Shown here: in pieces, positions 8,972-17,665 of the stretch
How the letters are laid out: every line of letters starts with the position of its first letter
Numbering within the stretch: the first letter of the stretch is position 1
IMG/VR virus record: IMGVR_UViG_3300009183_000272
Span: 1-29,385 of that record
Strand: one strand, 5' to 3'
DNA from: a virus
Taxonomy: Duplodnaviria > Caudoviricetes
DNA: 29,385 bases
Notes under the pieces: model-generated
Told to the model about the DNA's origin: nothing
Seen by the model: only the letters and a program-made list of their open reading frames with translations
Databases searched by the model: none
Program-made: the position numbers and the translations under genes

Positions 8972-9406
8972 ATGACTTACAACCAGGTATTAAGCACAAT
9001 AAGGACACTCCTCCAATCGCATGCGCAAATAAAAAGCGTAAAGTATGCGACACCAAAAGAGTGGTTGTTTGTAAATGACCAACCAATTTATCCCATTGCT
9101 TGCTTTGCAATTAATAGCGGATCATTGAATGTTGGGCGTGAACAAGTCTATAATGTTACGCTTTGGTTTTTAGATAAGGCGGGCATGGAGGCCGAATTTG
9201 AGCCGGATGTTGCATCCGATCAATTACAAATCGGAGCGGACATAATTAGCAAAATGAGAAACGGAGCAAATAACTACATCCTTGATCCTAATATTAGTTA
9301 CAACTTTATTTTGGATAAGTTTGAAGATTATTTGAGTGGTATTGAGATAACCTTTAACATGACAACAGTATCGGAGTTTGATGCTTGCGATATGCCATTA
9401 AATTAA
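8972..9406 (+). CDS. Putative tail terminator/completion protein (144 aa)
   Basis: Size, acidic character and alpha/beta pattern fit; it follows the adaptor gene. Confidence 0.45.
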   Translation: MTYNQVLSTIRTLLQSHAQIKSVKYATPKEWLFVNDQPIYPIACFAINSGSLNVGREQVYNVTLWFLDKAGMEAEFEPDVASDQLQIGADIISKMRNGANNYILDPNISYNFILDKFEDYLSGIEITFNMTTVSEFDACDMPLN

Positions 9407-9418
9407 AAAATTATAAAT

Positions 9419-9784
9419 ATGAGTTGCAATAGTTCAACCGGGGATTTAAGGCCCGCACAATACAATGTTCAGTTATGGCGCAATGACAGTTGGGCGCAAA
9501 CATTCGCCATCACGGCAAATGATGTGGCAGTCGATTTAAGCGGATCAACAATCTTGATACAAGTTAGGACCAAGCCTACATCAACGGATGTGGTGTTGAG
9601 CCTTGTAACCGGTACAAGCATCACAATTGGTGGCGCCGGTAAAAACGAGATTACATTAAATAAGATAGTCAACATTGCTGCCGGAAGTTATGTTTATGAC
9701 ATGAATGTCACCTTTCCAAGTGGCCTTGTCAAGACATATATTTGGGGAACTTTTTTAGTACAGGAGGACATAACAAGAGTATAA
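9419..9784 (+). CDS. Beta-sandwich virion protein (fibre attachment/baseplate-like)
   Basis: 'VDLSGSTILIQVR...GSYVYDMNV...GTFLV' pattern is typical of small Ig-like proteins preceding tail fibres. Confidence 0.55.
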   Translation: MSCNSSTGDLRPAQYNVQLWRNDSWAQTFAITANDVAVDLSGSTILIQVRTKPTSTDVVLSLVTGTSITIGGAGKNEITLNKIVNIAAGSYVYDMNVTFPSGLVKTYIWGTFLVQEDITRV

Positions 9785-9788
9785 CAAA

Positions 9789-12700
9789 ATGAGTACAATA
9801 ATAACACCAAGCGAAGAGCAAATAAACATAGTAGTTAATGATGAAAAAATTAGTATCAATGTAGAGAGTGGCGATGTTATTGTTAATGTAACCGAGAATA
9901 TTGTTGAAGTATCAACAGTTAATGGAGGTTATCCATTGCCAACAACCGTGTATTCAGTATTCGGAAGGACCGGTACAATCGTTGCAACCGAGGGCGATTA
10001 CAACCTTGATAAACTTTCCGATGTTACATTGACTTCATCTACTAATGGCGATGTCTTATCATATGATGGTACTAAATGGATTAACAAGCCGGTAACCGGA
10101 ACGGGAACGGTAACGAGTGTAAATATGAGTGTTCCACTTGGACTCCAAGTAAGTGGCAATCCAATTGTAAGTAATGGAACGCTTGCCGTTAATTTTGCTT
10201 CGGGTTATTCTTTGCCAACAACTGCAAAGCAAACAACCTGGGACACGGCCTATAATGACTCAATTGTAAGTGCAAGCGTAAGTGGTACAACTACCAAAAC
10301 ACTAACATTAACGCAACAAGATGCGGGAACAATTACGGCATCATGGAGTGACCTTGCAGCAAGTGGAACGGTTACAAGTGTTGCGGCATCGGTTCCAACC
10401 GGAATGACAATAAGTGGCTCGCCAATTGTAAGCGCCGGAACTTTAGCATTTGGGTTATCTGCGGGTTACACAATTCCATTAAGCACTCAATTAGTGCCAA
10501 CGGGAGGTACTGCGGGGCAATTGCTTACAAAAAATAGTGCAACAAATTATGATACTGCATGGATGGATAATTACGCAGATTGGACCGAGCAATTAAGAGA
10601 TACAGTCAAAGCAGAAGTTGCAATAAATAAAGGACAAGCCGTTTACATAAGTGGGGCCAATGGTACAAACCAATTGGCTTCATTGGCATCAAATACAACC
10701 GAAGCAACATCAAGCAAGACTCTTGGTTTGGCTATGCAGAATTTAGCAATTAATGGCATAGGATCAATTATTACGGAAGGATTATTAGGAGGATTGAATA
10801 CATCAACGGCAACCGCGGGCGATCCGGTGTGGCTTGGAGTAAGTGGTAATTTAATATATGGATTAGCAAATAAGCCCGTTGCACCGGCGCATTTAGTTTA
10901 CATTGGAGTAGTTACAAGAGTCAATTCAAACAATGGAGAAATTTATGTTAAGATACAAAATGGCTTTGAATTAAGAGAGATTCATGATGTTTTAATCTCA
11001 AGCGTTGCAAATAACGAAGGTTTATTTTATGAGAGTGCTACAAGCTTATGGAAAAATAAAAGCATCGCAACAGTATTGGGATATACACCAATCTCATTAA
11101 CAAGTTTAAGCGGAGTGTCTCCATTAAGCTATAATAATACAACCGGATCGTTTAGCATTGCTCAAGCAACTACATCGGCAAATGGTTATTTATCAAGTAC
11201 CGATTGGAACACATTTAATAATAAGCAAGCATCCGGAAGCTATATCACTGCATTAAGTGGTGAGGCAACGGCAAGCGGCCCAGGTTCAGCGGCGGTAACA
11301 TTAAGTACACCGGCCGTAACGGGTAAACTTTTAACCGGTGTAAACATTACCGGTGGATCAATAAGTGCAACCGATTCAATATTGGTTGCATTTGGTAAGA
11401 TTCAAAACCAAATCAATGGAGTATTAGGTGGCGCAATTTATCAAAGCGTTTGGAACGCATCAACAAATAGCCCAACACTTACAAGTGGAACGGGAACAAA
11501 AGGATATTATTATATCGTAAGTGTTGCGGGATCAACAAACCTTGATGGTATCACCGATTGGAAAGTGGGTGATTGGGCCATCTTTAATGGCACCACTTGG
11601 GATAAGGTTGATAACACAGATGCAGTGAGTTCAGTAAATGGATTTACCGGTGCGGTAAGCTTGACAACATCTAATATAAGCGAAGGCACTAATCTTTATT
11701 ACACCGATACAAGAGCAAGAGCATCCATTACATTAACAACAACAGGAAGTAGCGGCGCGGCAACTTATAGTGGTGGTACTTTAAATATTCCTAATTATGG
11801 AAATGCTTTAACTGATTATGTAACATTAGCTACCACTCAAACAATTAGCGGTGAAAAAACTTTTACTGCTGCAACTGTTTTTAGTTCAACAACATCACAT
11901 ACAGGAAATGCAACATTTGGGGTAGGTTCTCCAACTGCATTTGATGGAACTAATGGAGTGTTAATTATTCCAAAAATAAGATTATATAATGCAGTTCCGG
12001 CAAGTATTTATACTGATTTGACTTCCGCTGCAACAATTAATAGAGCAATAATATTTCCCGATGCTTCGGGTACTGTTGCATTAACTAGCGATATTCCTTC
12101 ATTAACAGGGTATGTAACATTAGCAACCGCACAAACAATTAGCGGTGCAAAGACTTTTACTAATAACCTTTTAATAAGACCCTCAACTGGATACAATGCT
12201 TTTTTCCAAGTAAATGGAACTACTTTAAGAATTAATTATTTAAATGATGCTCAAGATACAAATATATCTGCGGCATATAGGGCAAGTGATTTTGTTTGGC
12301 AAGGTAGCACAGGAGGAGCAATATTTACCATAGCGTCCACAGGCGAAGTAACATTTAGTTCAACATTAAGCAATGGTACTTATACTTATACTTTACCAAG
12401 TGCAACCGGTACATTGGCACTTACTTCAAACTTGTCATCATATTTACCTTTAAGTGGTGGTACATTAACGGGTACTTTAAACGGAACAAGTTCTTATTTT
12501 ACTTCATTAATAAAAACGGATAATGCAGTAGCATTTCAAAACATTACAAGTGGTGGAACATCCCCAAGTTCATTATCCGGTTATAGTCAATTATATTTTG
12601 ATTCTTACCAATTTGCAATTAGAAAATCGGATAATCAAAGTGTAACATTTAGATATCCTTCCGTTGCTTCTACTCAAACTTGGGATTTTAATGTTGAAGG

Positions 12701-13529
12701 ATATATTTCAGTTCAATCATCCGCAACAATAACAACGGGTAGTGTATTATTTGCAAATAGTTTAGGTAAGATTGCGCAAAACAATGCTCAATTTTTTTGG
12801 GATAATACAAATTATAGATTAGGTATTGGAACTGCAATTCCTGCTTATATGATAGATGTTAATGGTACAGGAAGGTTTAGTGGGGCATTAACAATGGCTG
12901 CTTATAGTTATTCTTCAGTAGCTATACAATTTACAAGGGCAAATAGTAATACTATTTCTCCGGCTTCGGGTAATGGAATATTAGTTTTTGGAGGTGGTAA
13001 TGCACAAATGAGAATCGACACTTCAAACGGAATTAATTTTGATATGAATAACGGAGGAACTCCCTATACTCCTCTTAAAATACAACAAAATGGGAATACA
13101 GTACTAATAGATTCTCCTAATAATACATTATCATTAGGTTTAGGATATCAAGGAACAATGCACGGATATCTAGGAGGTTTTAGCTCTAGGATAGAGGCAT
13201 ATTCTAATAATGGTGGATATGTTTATTTAAGTTCATCTTCAACTTGGATTCCCGCTTCTGATATAAAAAGAAAGAGAAACTTTGAAACATATTCACTTGG
13301 GTTAAATGCCATACTTGGACTTGAACCTAAATTGTATAATATGGATTTTCAAAAGGATGGGGATGACAAACAATTAGGTTTAATAGCACAAGAGGTTAAA
13401 AAGTTTATACCACTTGCATTTGAACAAAGTGCAGATTTTATTGGATTGAATTATAATTATATTATAGTTACAATGGTTAATGCTATTAAAGAATTAAAAG
13501 GAGAAATAGATATATTAAAAAATAAATAA
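9789..13529 (+). CDS. Tail fibre with C-terminal intramolecular chaperone (Peptidase_S74)
   Basis: Thr/Ser/Gly-rich repeats (GTVTSV, VSSVNGFTGAV, YLPLSGGTLTG). C-terminal 'SDIKRKRN...GLIAQEV...LNY..IIVTMVNAIKEL' autocleavage chaperone starts at ~13257. Confidence 0.9.
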   Translation: MSTIITPSEEQINIVVNDEKISINVESGDVIVNVTENIVEVSTVNGGYPLPTTVYSVFGRTGTIVATEGDYNLDKLSDVTLTSSTNGDVLSYDGTKWINKPVTGTGTVTSVNMSVPLGLQVSGNPIVSNGTLAVNFASGYSLPTTAKQTTWDTAYNDSIVSASVSGTTTKTLTLTQQDAGTITASWSDLAASGTVTSVAASVPTGMTISGSPIVSAGTLAFGLSAGYTIPLSTQLVPTGGTAGQLLTKNSATNYDTAWMDNYADWTEQLRDTVKAEVAINKGQAVYISGANGTNQLASLASNTTEATSSKTLGLAMQNLAINGIGSIITEGLLGGLNTSTATAGDPVWLGVSGNLIYGLANKPVAPAHLVYIGVVTRVNSNNGEIYVKIQNGFELREIHDVLISSVANNEGLFYESATSLWKNKSIATVLGYTPISLTSLSGVSPLSYNNTTGSFSIAQATTSANGYLSSTDWNTFNNKQASGSYITALSGEATASGPGSAAVTLSTPAVTGKLLTGVNITGGSISATDSILVAFGKIQNQINGVLGGAIYQSVWNASTNSPTLTSGTGTKGYYYIVSVAGSTNLDGITDWKVGDWAIFNGTTWDKVDNTDAVSSVNGFTGAVSLTTSNISEGTNLYYTDTRARASITLTTTGSSGAATYSGGTLNIPNYGNALTDYVTLATTQTISGEKTFTAATVFSSTTSHTGNATFGVGSPTAFDGTNGVLIIPKIRLYNAVPASIYTDLTSAATINRAIIFPDASGTVALTSDIPSLTGYVTLATAQTISGAKTFTNNLLIRPSTGYNAFFQVNGTTLRINYLNDAQDTNISAAYRASDFVWQGSTGGAIFTIASTGEVTFSSTLSNGTYTYTLPSATGTLALTSNLSSYLPLSGGTLTGTLNGTSSYFTSLIKTDNAVAFQNITSGGTSPSSLSGYSQLYFDSYQFAIRKSDNQSVTFRYPSVASTQTWDFNVEGYISVQSSATITTGSVLFANSLGKIAQNNAQFFWDNTNYRLGIGTAIPAYMIDVNGTGRFSGALTMAAYSYSSVAIQFTRANSNTISPASGNGILVFGGGNAQMRIDTSNGINFDMNNGGTPYTPLKIQQNGNTVLIDSPNNTLSLGLGYQGTMHGYLGGFSSRIEAYSNNGGYVYLSSSSTWIPASDIKRKRNFETYSLGLNAILGLEPKLYNMDFQKDGDDKQLGLIAQEVKKFIPLAFEQSADFIGLNYNYIIVTMVNAIKELKGEIDILKNK
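11817..12161 (+). repeat. Two 51-nt direct repeats in the tail fibre (11817-11867, 12111-12161) encoding YVTLAT(T/A)QTISG(E/A)KTFT
   Basis: tatgtaacattagctaccactcaaacaattagcggtgaaaaaacttttact versus tatgtaacattagcaaccgcacaaacaattagcggtgcaaagacttttact. Confidence 0.85.
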
Positions 13530-13532
13530 TCT

Positions 13533-13540
13533 TATATTTG
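13533..13540 (+). promoter_or_regulatory. Bacteroidota-type -7 promoter element TATATTTG
   Basis: Matches TAnnTTTG in the short intergenic gap, 16 nt before the ATG at 13557. Confidence 0.55.
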
Positions 13541-13556
13541 TAAAAATTATAATTTT

Positions 13557-13943
13557 ATGAAGTATTCAAATTTATTAAACCTAGTCGCACAAATGGAGGC
13601 GGTAATAGGTAACCAGGAAACAAAAGTACAAAAAAAGCTATTCAAAATATTTGAAAAGCTTAAGCCTAGCTATGAAGCTTATCAAGCAAAAAAGGATGAG
13701 TTACGCCTTGATAATGCAAGCGCTACCGACAAAGGGATTTTAAATGTAACTGAAAAGGGTGATTACCAATTTACCAAGGAAGGCATTAAAAAGCTAACAA
13801 GCGACATTAAAGCCCTAAATGATGAGGAGTTTGCATTTGAGAAGATTAACATCGTTAATCCTCAAGGGCTTGAAAACTTTATTTTCCTTGAAGATTGGAC
13901 CAATGGAATCGAATTTATTAAACAAGATGAAGAGGAACTTTAA
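13557..13943 (+). CDS. Hypothetical protein (128 aa, helical, follows tail fibre)
   Basis: Clean ORF with an upstream promoter-like element. Confidence 0.65.
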   Translation: MKYSNLLNLVAQMEAVIGNQETKVQKKLFKIFEKLKPSYEAYQAKKDELRLDNASATDKGILNVTEKGDYQFTKEGIKKLTSDIKALNDEEFAFEKINIVNPQGLENFIFLEDWTNGIEFIKQDEEEL

Positions 13944-13946
13944 CAC

Positions 13947-14117
13947 ATGACACAGGATAGCAGCCAAGCGCTTATTAACACAGGGGTATCAATTACCGCA
14001 GCAAGTATAACAATGTCTCAAGTGCAACCATTGGTCACAATGGTAGCGGGCTTGGTTGCTATCTTATCGGGTATTTTAGCAATCGTATATTATATTAAGC
14101 AAATTCGTAAGTTATGA
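13947..14117 (+). CDS. Small holin-like membrane protein (56 aa; not in the ORF track)
   Basis: MTQDSSQALINTGVSITAASITMSQVQPLVTMVAGLVAILSGILAIVYYIKQIRKL has a hydrophobic helix and a basic tail. It fills the gap exactly and overlaps the next start (ATGA). Confidence 0.65.
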   Translation: MTQDSSQALINTGVSITAASITMSQVQPLVTMVAGLVAILSGILAIVYYIKQIRKL

Positions 14118-14311
14118 TGAAGTTTTTCAACACAATGTTAGGATCATGGTTAAAGGTAGTTATTACGGCCATCCTTACAATGGCAATGGCAAAGGGTGAT
14201 ATCTTTGCAATTACTTTAAAAGAGTGTTTGTCGGCCGGTGCCATATCAATAATGCCTATTATTATAAATTTCCTCAACCCTAATGATCCGAGATATGGCA
14301 ATAAAAAATAG
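14114..14311 (+). CDS. Holin-like membrane protein (65 aa)
   Basis: Two hydrophobic segments and a C-terminal 'FLNPNDPRYG'; lies in the lysis cassette. Confidence 0.55.
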   Translation: MMKFFNTMLGSWLKVVITAILTMAMAKGDIFAITLKECLSAGAISIMPIIINFLNPNDPRYGNKK

Positions 14312-14771
14312 CATTTTAGCAGTTTTATTAATTGCACTAACATTCAGTTGCAACCCAATCCGTAAAGCCGAGCGCCTAATCCTTAATGATAAAGATGCAA
14401 GCGAGCGGATTTTTCGTGCTTTGGAGGTTACTCATCCATGCGCCAACGATACAACCTTAATAACACAATATGATACTACATTACTTATTGATACCATTGT
14501 TAACTACAAAAGAGATACGATCAATATTAACGGGGTTGAATACATAACCATTAAAGAGGCGCCAAAAACCATTGTTAAGACAGTTAAGGTTAACAAAATT
14601 CAAACCGGCTATATTGTTGACACTCGTAGCCTAGGCATTGCGCTTGATTCCGTGCGATATTACAAGGCTTTGGCGCAAGTCAATAAAGAGACTAGCAAGT
14701 CATGGAGCCGCCGTTTTTGGGTACTTTTAATCGCTTTAATAGTTATTGGATTTTTAAAGTATAAATTATGA
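14295..14771 (+). CDS. Lipoprotein, probable unimolecular spanin
   Basis: Signal peptide II MAIKNSILAVLLIALTFS-C and C-terminal TM helix RRFWVLLIALIVIGFLKYKL; directly before the endolysin. Confidence 0.65.
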   Translation: MAIKNSILAVLLIALTFSCNPIRKAERLILNDKDASERIFRALEVTHPCANDTTLITQYDTTLLIDTIVNYKRDTININGVEYITIKEAPKTIVKTVKVNKIQTGYIVDTRSLGIALDSVRYYKALAQVNKETSKSWSRRFWVLLIALIVIGFLKYKL

Positions 14772-15235
14772 TAATATCCGAGCATTTATCTTTGTCCGAA
14801 TTAATTCGTAGTGACTCCGCAAAGCGCCTAGGAGTTACCAATATGCCGACCGATGAGCATATTATTAATTTAAAGGCATTAGCCGAAAATATCTTCGAGC
14901 CAATCCGCAACCATTTCCGTTGCCCGATTTTTATCTCTTCCGGATATCGCTCCGCAGAACTTAACCAAGCATTGAAAGGCGCCAAATCAAGCCAACATCT
15001 CAAAGGCGAGGCAATTGATATTGACATGGATGGCTCATCCAATGGAGTGACAAATGCAATGGTGTACGAATTTATAAAATCGAAGCTTGATTTTGACCAA
15101 CTTATTTGGGAGTTCGGCAATACCGAGAATCCATCCTGGGTACATGTTAGTTTTAAAAAGAACGGCCCCCAAAGACATCAAGTCTTGAGAGCCGTGTTAG
15201 TAGATGGGGGAACAAAATATGTTATAGTTTCATAA
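14768..15235 (+). CDS. Endolysin, peptidase M15 family (Zn peptidoglycan peptidase)
   Basis: SSGYRS..LN, SQHLKGEAIDID and WVHVS motifs. Confidence 0.9.
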   Translation: MIISEHLSLSELIRSDSAKRLGVTNMPTDEHIINLKALAENIFEPIRNHFRCPIFISSGYRSAELNQALKGAKSSQHLKGEAIDIDMDGSSNGVTNAMVYEFIKSKLDFDQLIWEFGNTENPSWVHVSFKKNGPQRHQVLRAVLVDGGTKYVIVS

Positions 15236-15572
15236 CCAATTTTTGATACTCTTCCTTAATATTACAATCCGTATCAAGCATATTATTTGTTGACCTAATT
15301 GCAGATATTACTGTTGTATGATCACGATTAAAAACAATACCAATCTCATCCAATGTAAGCAATGTGTTTGATCTCAAGATATGCATCGTTAATAATCTTG
15401 GGATAGCAACAACCGACTTCCTACTTTTGGACTTAATATCATCCATTGAGATATTAAATTGCTCGCAAGTATTTGCGATAACAGTATCGATATATTTCAA
15501 TACTTTCTTTTTTGGCATTGTCTTAAAGCCAATCTTTGCTTTCTTAATCCCTGGGATTATCATGTAGTTCAT
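15222..15572 (-). CDS. DnaA C-terminal (domain IV)-like HTH protein
   Basis: 'DDIKSKSRKSVVAIPR..MHILRSNT.LTLDEIG.VFNRDHTTVISAIR' matches the Bac_DnaA_C signature. The likely start is MNYMIIPG at 15572 (track start 15659). Confidence 0.8.
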   Translation of the reverse strand: MNYMIIPGIKKAKIGFKTMPKKKVLKYIDTVIANTCEQFNISMDDIKSKSRKSVVAIPRLLTMHILRSNTLLTLDEIGIVFNRDHTTVISAIRSTNNMLDTDCNIKEEYQKLVMKL

Positions 15573-15741
15573 TGTCGTTAAATTTAATCTCATTAAATAT
15601 TCCAAAAGATTCTGCCTTTTGGATATGTCTTTTAAATGTATGAAATGACATCTCATCATTTTGTAGTAAATGGGTAAGCTTACCCACTAGATCAATCTTC
15701 TCAATAATTGATAACTCAATCCATTCTTTGTGATTCGCCAT
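15544..15741 (-). CDS. Hypothetical protein (65 aa)
   Basis: ORF in a tightly packed minus-strand operon. Confidence 0.55.
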   Translation of the reverse strand: MANHKEWIELSIIEKIDLVGKLTHLLQNDEMSFHTFKRHIQKAESFGIFNEIKFNDNELHDNPRD

Positions 15742-15844
15742 TTTCTTTGAATTTATAGATAAAAAATAATGTTACATATAGAAAGCACGCTAATGGCACC
15801 GCTAATAAGAAAAACTTTAATAGTGATAATATTGCTCTAATCAT
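15716..15844 (-). CDS. Small membrane protein (42 aa; not in the ORF track)
   Basis: MIRAILSLLKFFLLAVPLACFLYVTLFFIYKFKENGESQRMD fills the operon gap. Confidence 0.45.
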   Translation of the reverse strand: MIRAILSLLKFFLLAVPLACFLYVTLFFIYKFKENGESQRMD

Positions 15845-15846
15845 GG

Positions 15847-15933
15847 TTAATAATTTTGTAAAAATGCCGTGATTAAAAATGCGGTGATTAAAATAACGAC
15901 CGCTTGAAAGTTGTGGTTTTGTTGCTTATTCAT
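15847..15933 (-). CDS. Small hydrophobic peptide (28 aa; not in the ORF track)
   Basis: MNKQQNHNFQAVVILITAFLITAFLQNY abuts its neighbours within 1-2 nt on both sides. Confidence 0.45.
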   Translation of the reverse strand: MNKQQNHNFQAVVILITAFLITAFLQNY

Positions 15934-15934
15934 G

Positions 15935-16099
15935 TTAGTCAATTTGATTATAATTAATAAGTTTTACTTCATAACCTAAAGCAAGATATTTTTCCATCTT
16001 AAACTTTAATACGTCCAAAGTAAATTCCTCAATCGGAATTAAAATAGTAACCCAATTTTCCGTAGTGCCTTTTTTGTAAATCTTAAATAATTTTTTCAT
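15935..16099 (-). CDS. Hypothetical protein (54 aa)
   Basis: Likely start MKKLFK at 16099, downstream of a TAGCTTTG promoter element. Confidence 0.55.
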   Translation of the reverse strand: MKKLFKIYKKGTTENWVTILIPIEEFTLDVLKFKMEKYLALGYEVKLINYNQID

Positions 16100-16123
16100 A
16101 GATATATGATTTTGTTTAGAAAT

Positions 16124-16131
16124 CAAAGCTA
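16124..16131 (-). promoter_or_regulatory. Bacteroidota-type -7 promoter element TAGCTTTG
   Basis: TAnnTTTG on the minus strand in an AT-rich intergenic gap, ~25 nt before the ATG. Confidence 0.6.
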
Positions 16132-16160
16132 TGTTATTTTAATTTAATAAAAAAATATTT

Positions 16161-17384
16161 TTAATATATTTTTTTAAAGTGCCTTAAAGTAAAGTCTTTT
16201 TTGGCTTGGACCATGTTAAAAATGCGCTCTTCAATGCCCCCAACGGTAAATATCCAAAACACTTTTGATGCTATTGTCCGGTCCTTTGTCTGCATCCTTG
16301 CCCTTGATTGCCAATAGCTTACCGCTGAAAAGTCGATATTATACATGACAAGCGCATCGGCCGTGCTTAAATTTATCCCTTCCCTTCCGCTTTGCACCTG
16401 GCTTATAAATACCGCATCGCCTCCGGCCTTGTTGAACTCTTGCGGATCATCAAAGCTATTTTTAAAAGTTGCCTTTAAAAGCAACCCCTCGGCTATGTAC
16501 TTATAAAAGATGGCTATCTTTTTATCCTTAAACCTTTCCTTAATAAAGTTGGCTTTTGTCTCATCAAAGATTATTGCATTGCCATCATCCTTTTTAACCG
16601 TTCCGCTACATATTTGATGGACTTTTTGCATCTCTTTAACCGCAGTATCGGCCACCACTATCTCACCATCCTTTGTCCTAAATAATTTGTCCTTGGTAAT
16701 CTTATCAATGGCCCATTTGACCTTGTCACTCATTGGAACATACAAGATGGCCTCTTGCACCAAAGATTCAAATCCGGCTTCCTGTTGCGTATATGTCAAA
16801 AACAAATGGTTGATTTCGCATTCAATCAACTCCGTTTTGACATGTGAGTAATCTGCAAGCTCCCGATTAAAAACAAATTTTTTCTTTGGGATGCCATAAT
16901 GCTTATGCCAGGAGTAAAAGTTTTTATGATCTGCAAATGGAGACTTGTCCGATACCCAAAATTGATGGAATATTTGAGCAAAGCTTTCCGGTGTTGGGGT
17001 GCCACTTAAATAAATAACCGGCTTACATTTGCATAATTCCTTTAATGCTTTTGTCCTTTCACTTGGTATTGGGTATTGGCCCAATGAATGAGCTTCATCA
17101 ATAATAATAAGATCATAAATATTTTCGCATTTATGTACACTTTCAAAATTAATAATATCTAATTTATATACATAACCGGACATTTTAAAATCATCTTCAA
17201 TGCTTGAGATGGCTTTTTTCTTTGTAACAAATAAGACATGCTCAACACTTAACTTGTTTGCTAATAGTAAACTTGTTAATGTTTTGCCGGTCCTTACTTG
17301 CATTGCAAGATATACCAAACCAAATTCATTAATCACCTCAAGGCCCCTATTGGCTATGTCGATTTGATAATCTCGCAACTCCAT
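16161..17384 (-). CDS. Superfamily 2 (DEAH, SNF2/ResIII-like) helicase
   Basis: Q motif LRDYQ, Walker A VRTGKT, IIIDEAH, LSGTP, SGREGINLS and QSRAR. Confidence 0.9.
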   Translation of the reverse strand: MELRDYQIDIANRGLEVINEFGLVYLAMQVRTGKTLTSLLLANKLSVEHVLFVTKKKAISSIEDDFKMSGYVYKLDIINFESVHKCENIYDLIIIDEAHSLGQYPIPSERTKALKELCKCKPVIYLSGTPTPESFAQIFHQFWVSDKSPFADHKNFYSWHKHYGIPKKKFVFNRELADYSHVKTELIECEINHLFLTYTQQEAGFESLVQEAILYVPMSDKVKWAIDKITKDKLFRTKDGEIVVADTAVKEMQKVHQICSGTVKKDDGNAIIFDETKANFIKERFKDKKIAIFYKYIAEGLLLKATFKNSFDDPQEFNKAGGDAVFISQVQSGREGINLSTADALVMYNIDFSAVSYWQSRARMQTKDRTIASKVFWIFTVGGIEERIFNMVQAKKDFTLRHFKKIY

Positions 17385-17395
17385 ATTTAAGTAAA

Positions 17396-17665
17396 TTAAT
17401 TTGTGCCATCCTGTAATGGTGTATCGTTCGTGTCATCAATACGGCGATAACCTTCATCCCATAAAAGTCTTGTTAAGGTAATTGACTTTTTTATTATAAC
17501 TGCCTCGCTATCTTTTGGATTTAAGATGTGCAATATTTCATGGAGGCAAATTTCAAGATGCTTTTTGCCTTTCAACCTGGTATCTAAATAAATAATCCCA
17601 TCGCTTTCGGCAATGCCATGAGCTTGCTCCCTTCCTAATTTTTTATAAATTATCTTTATTTTCAC
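17396..17665 (-). CDS. Small HExxH metallopeptidase-motif protein (89 aa)
   Basis: 'G.IYLDTRL....LEICLHEILH' zincin motif. Confidence 0.6.
   Translation of the reverse strand: MKIKIIYKKLGREQAHGIAESDGIIYLDTRLKGKKHLEICLHEILHILNPKDSEAVIIKKSITLTRLLWDEGYRRIDDTNDTPLQDGTN

Noticed and set aside
11817-12161. Diversity-generating retroelement TR/VR pair in the tail fibre
   Set aside because: Both copies are in-frame and mid-gene, differences are not confined to adenines of one copy, and no reverse transcriptase is in the window.
2183-12196. Minus-strand ORFs within the structural operon (e.g. 2183-2425, 3760-4116, 4382-4642, 6937-8461, 9469-9675, 12008-12196)
   Set aside because: They are antisense shadows of well-supported plus-strand genes, with no motifs or leaders.
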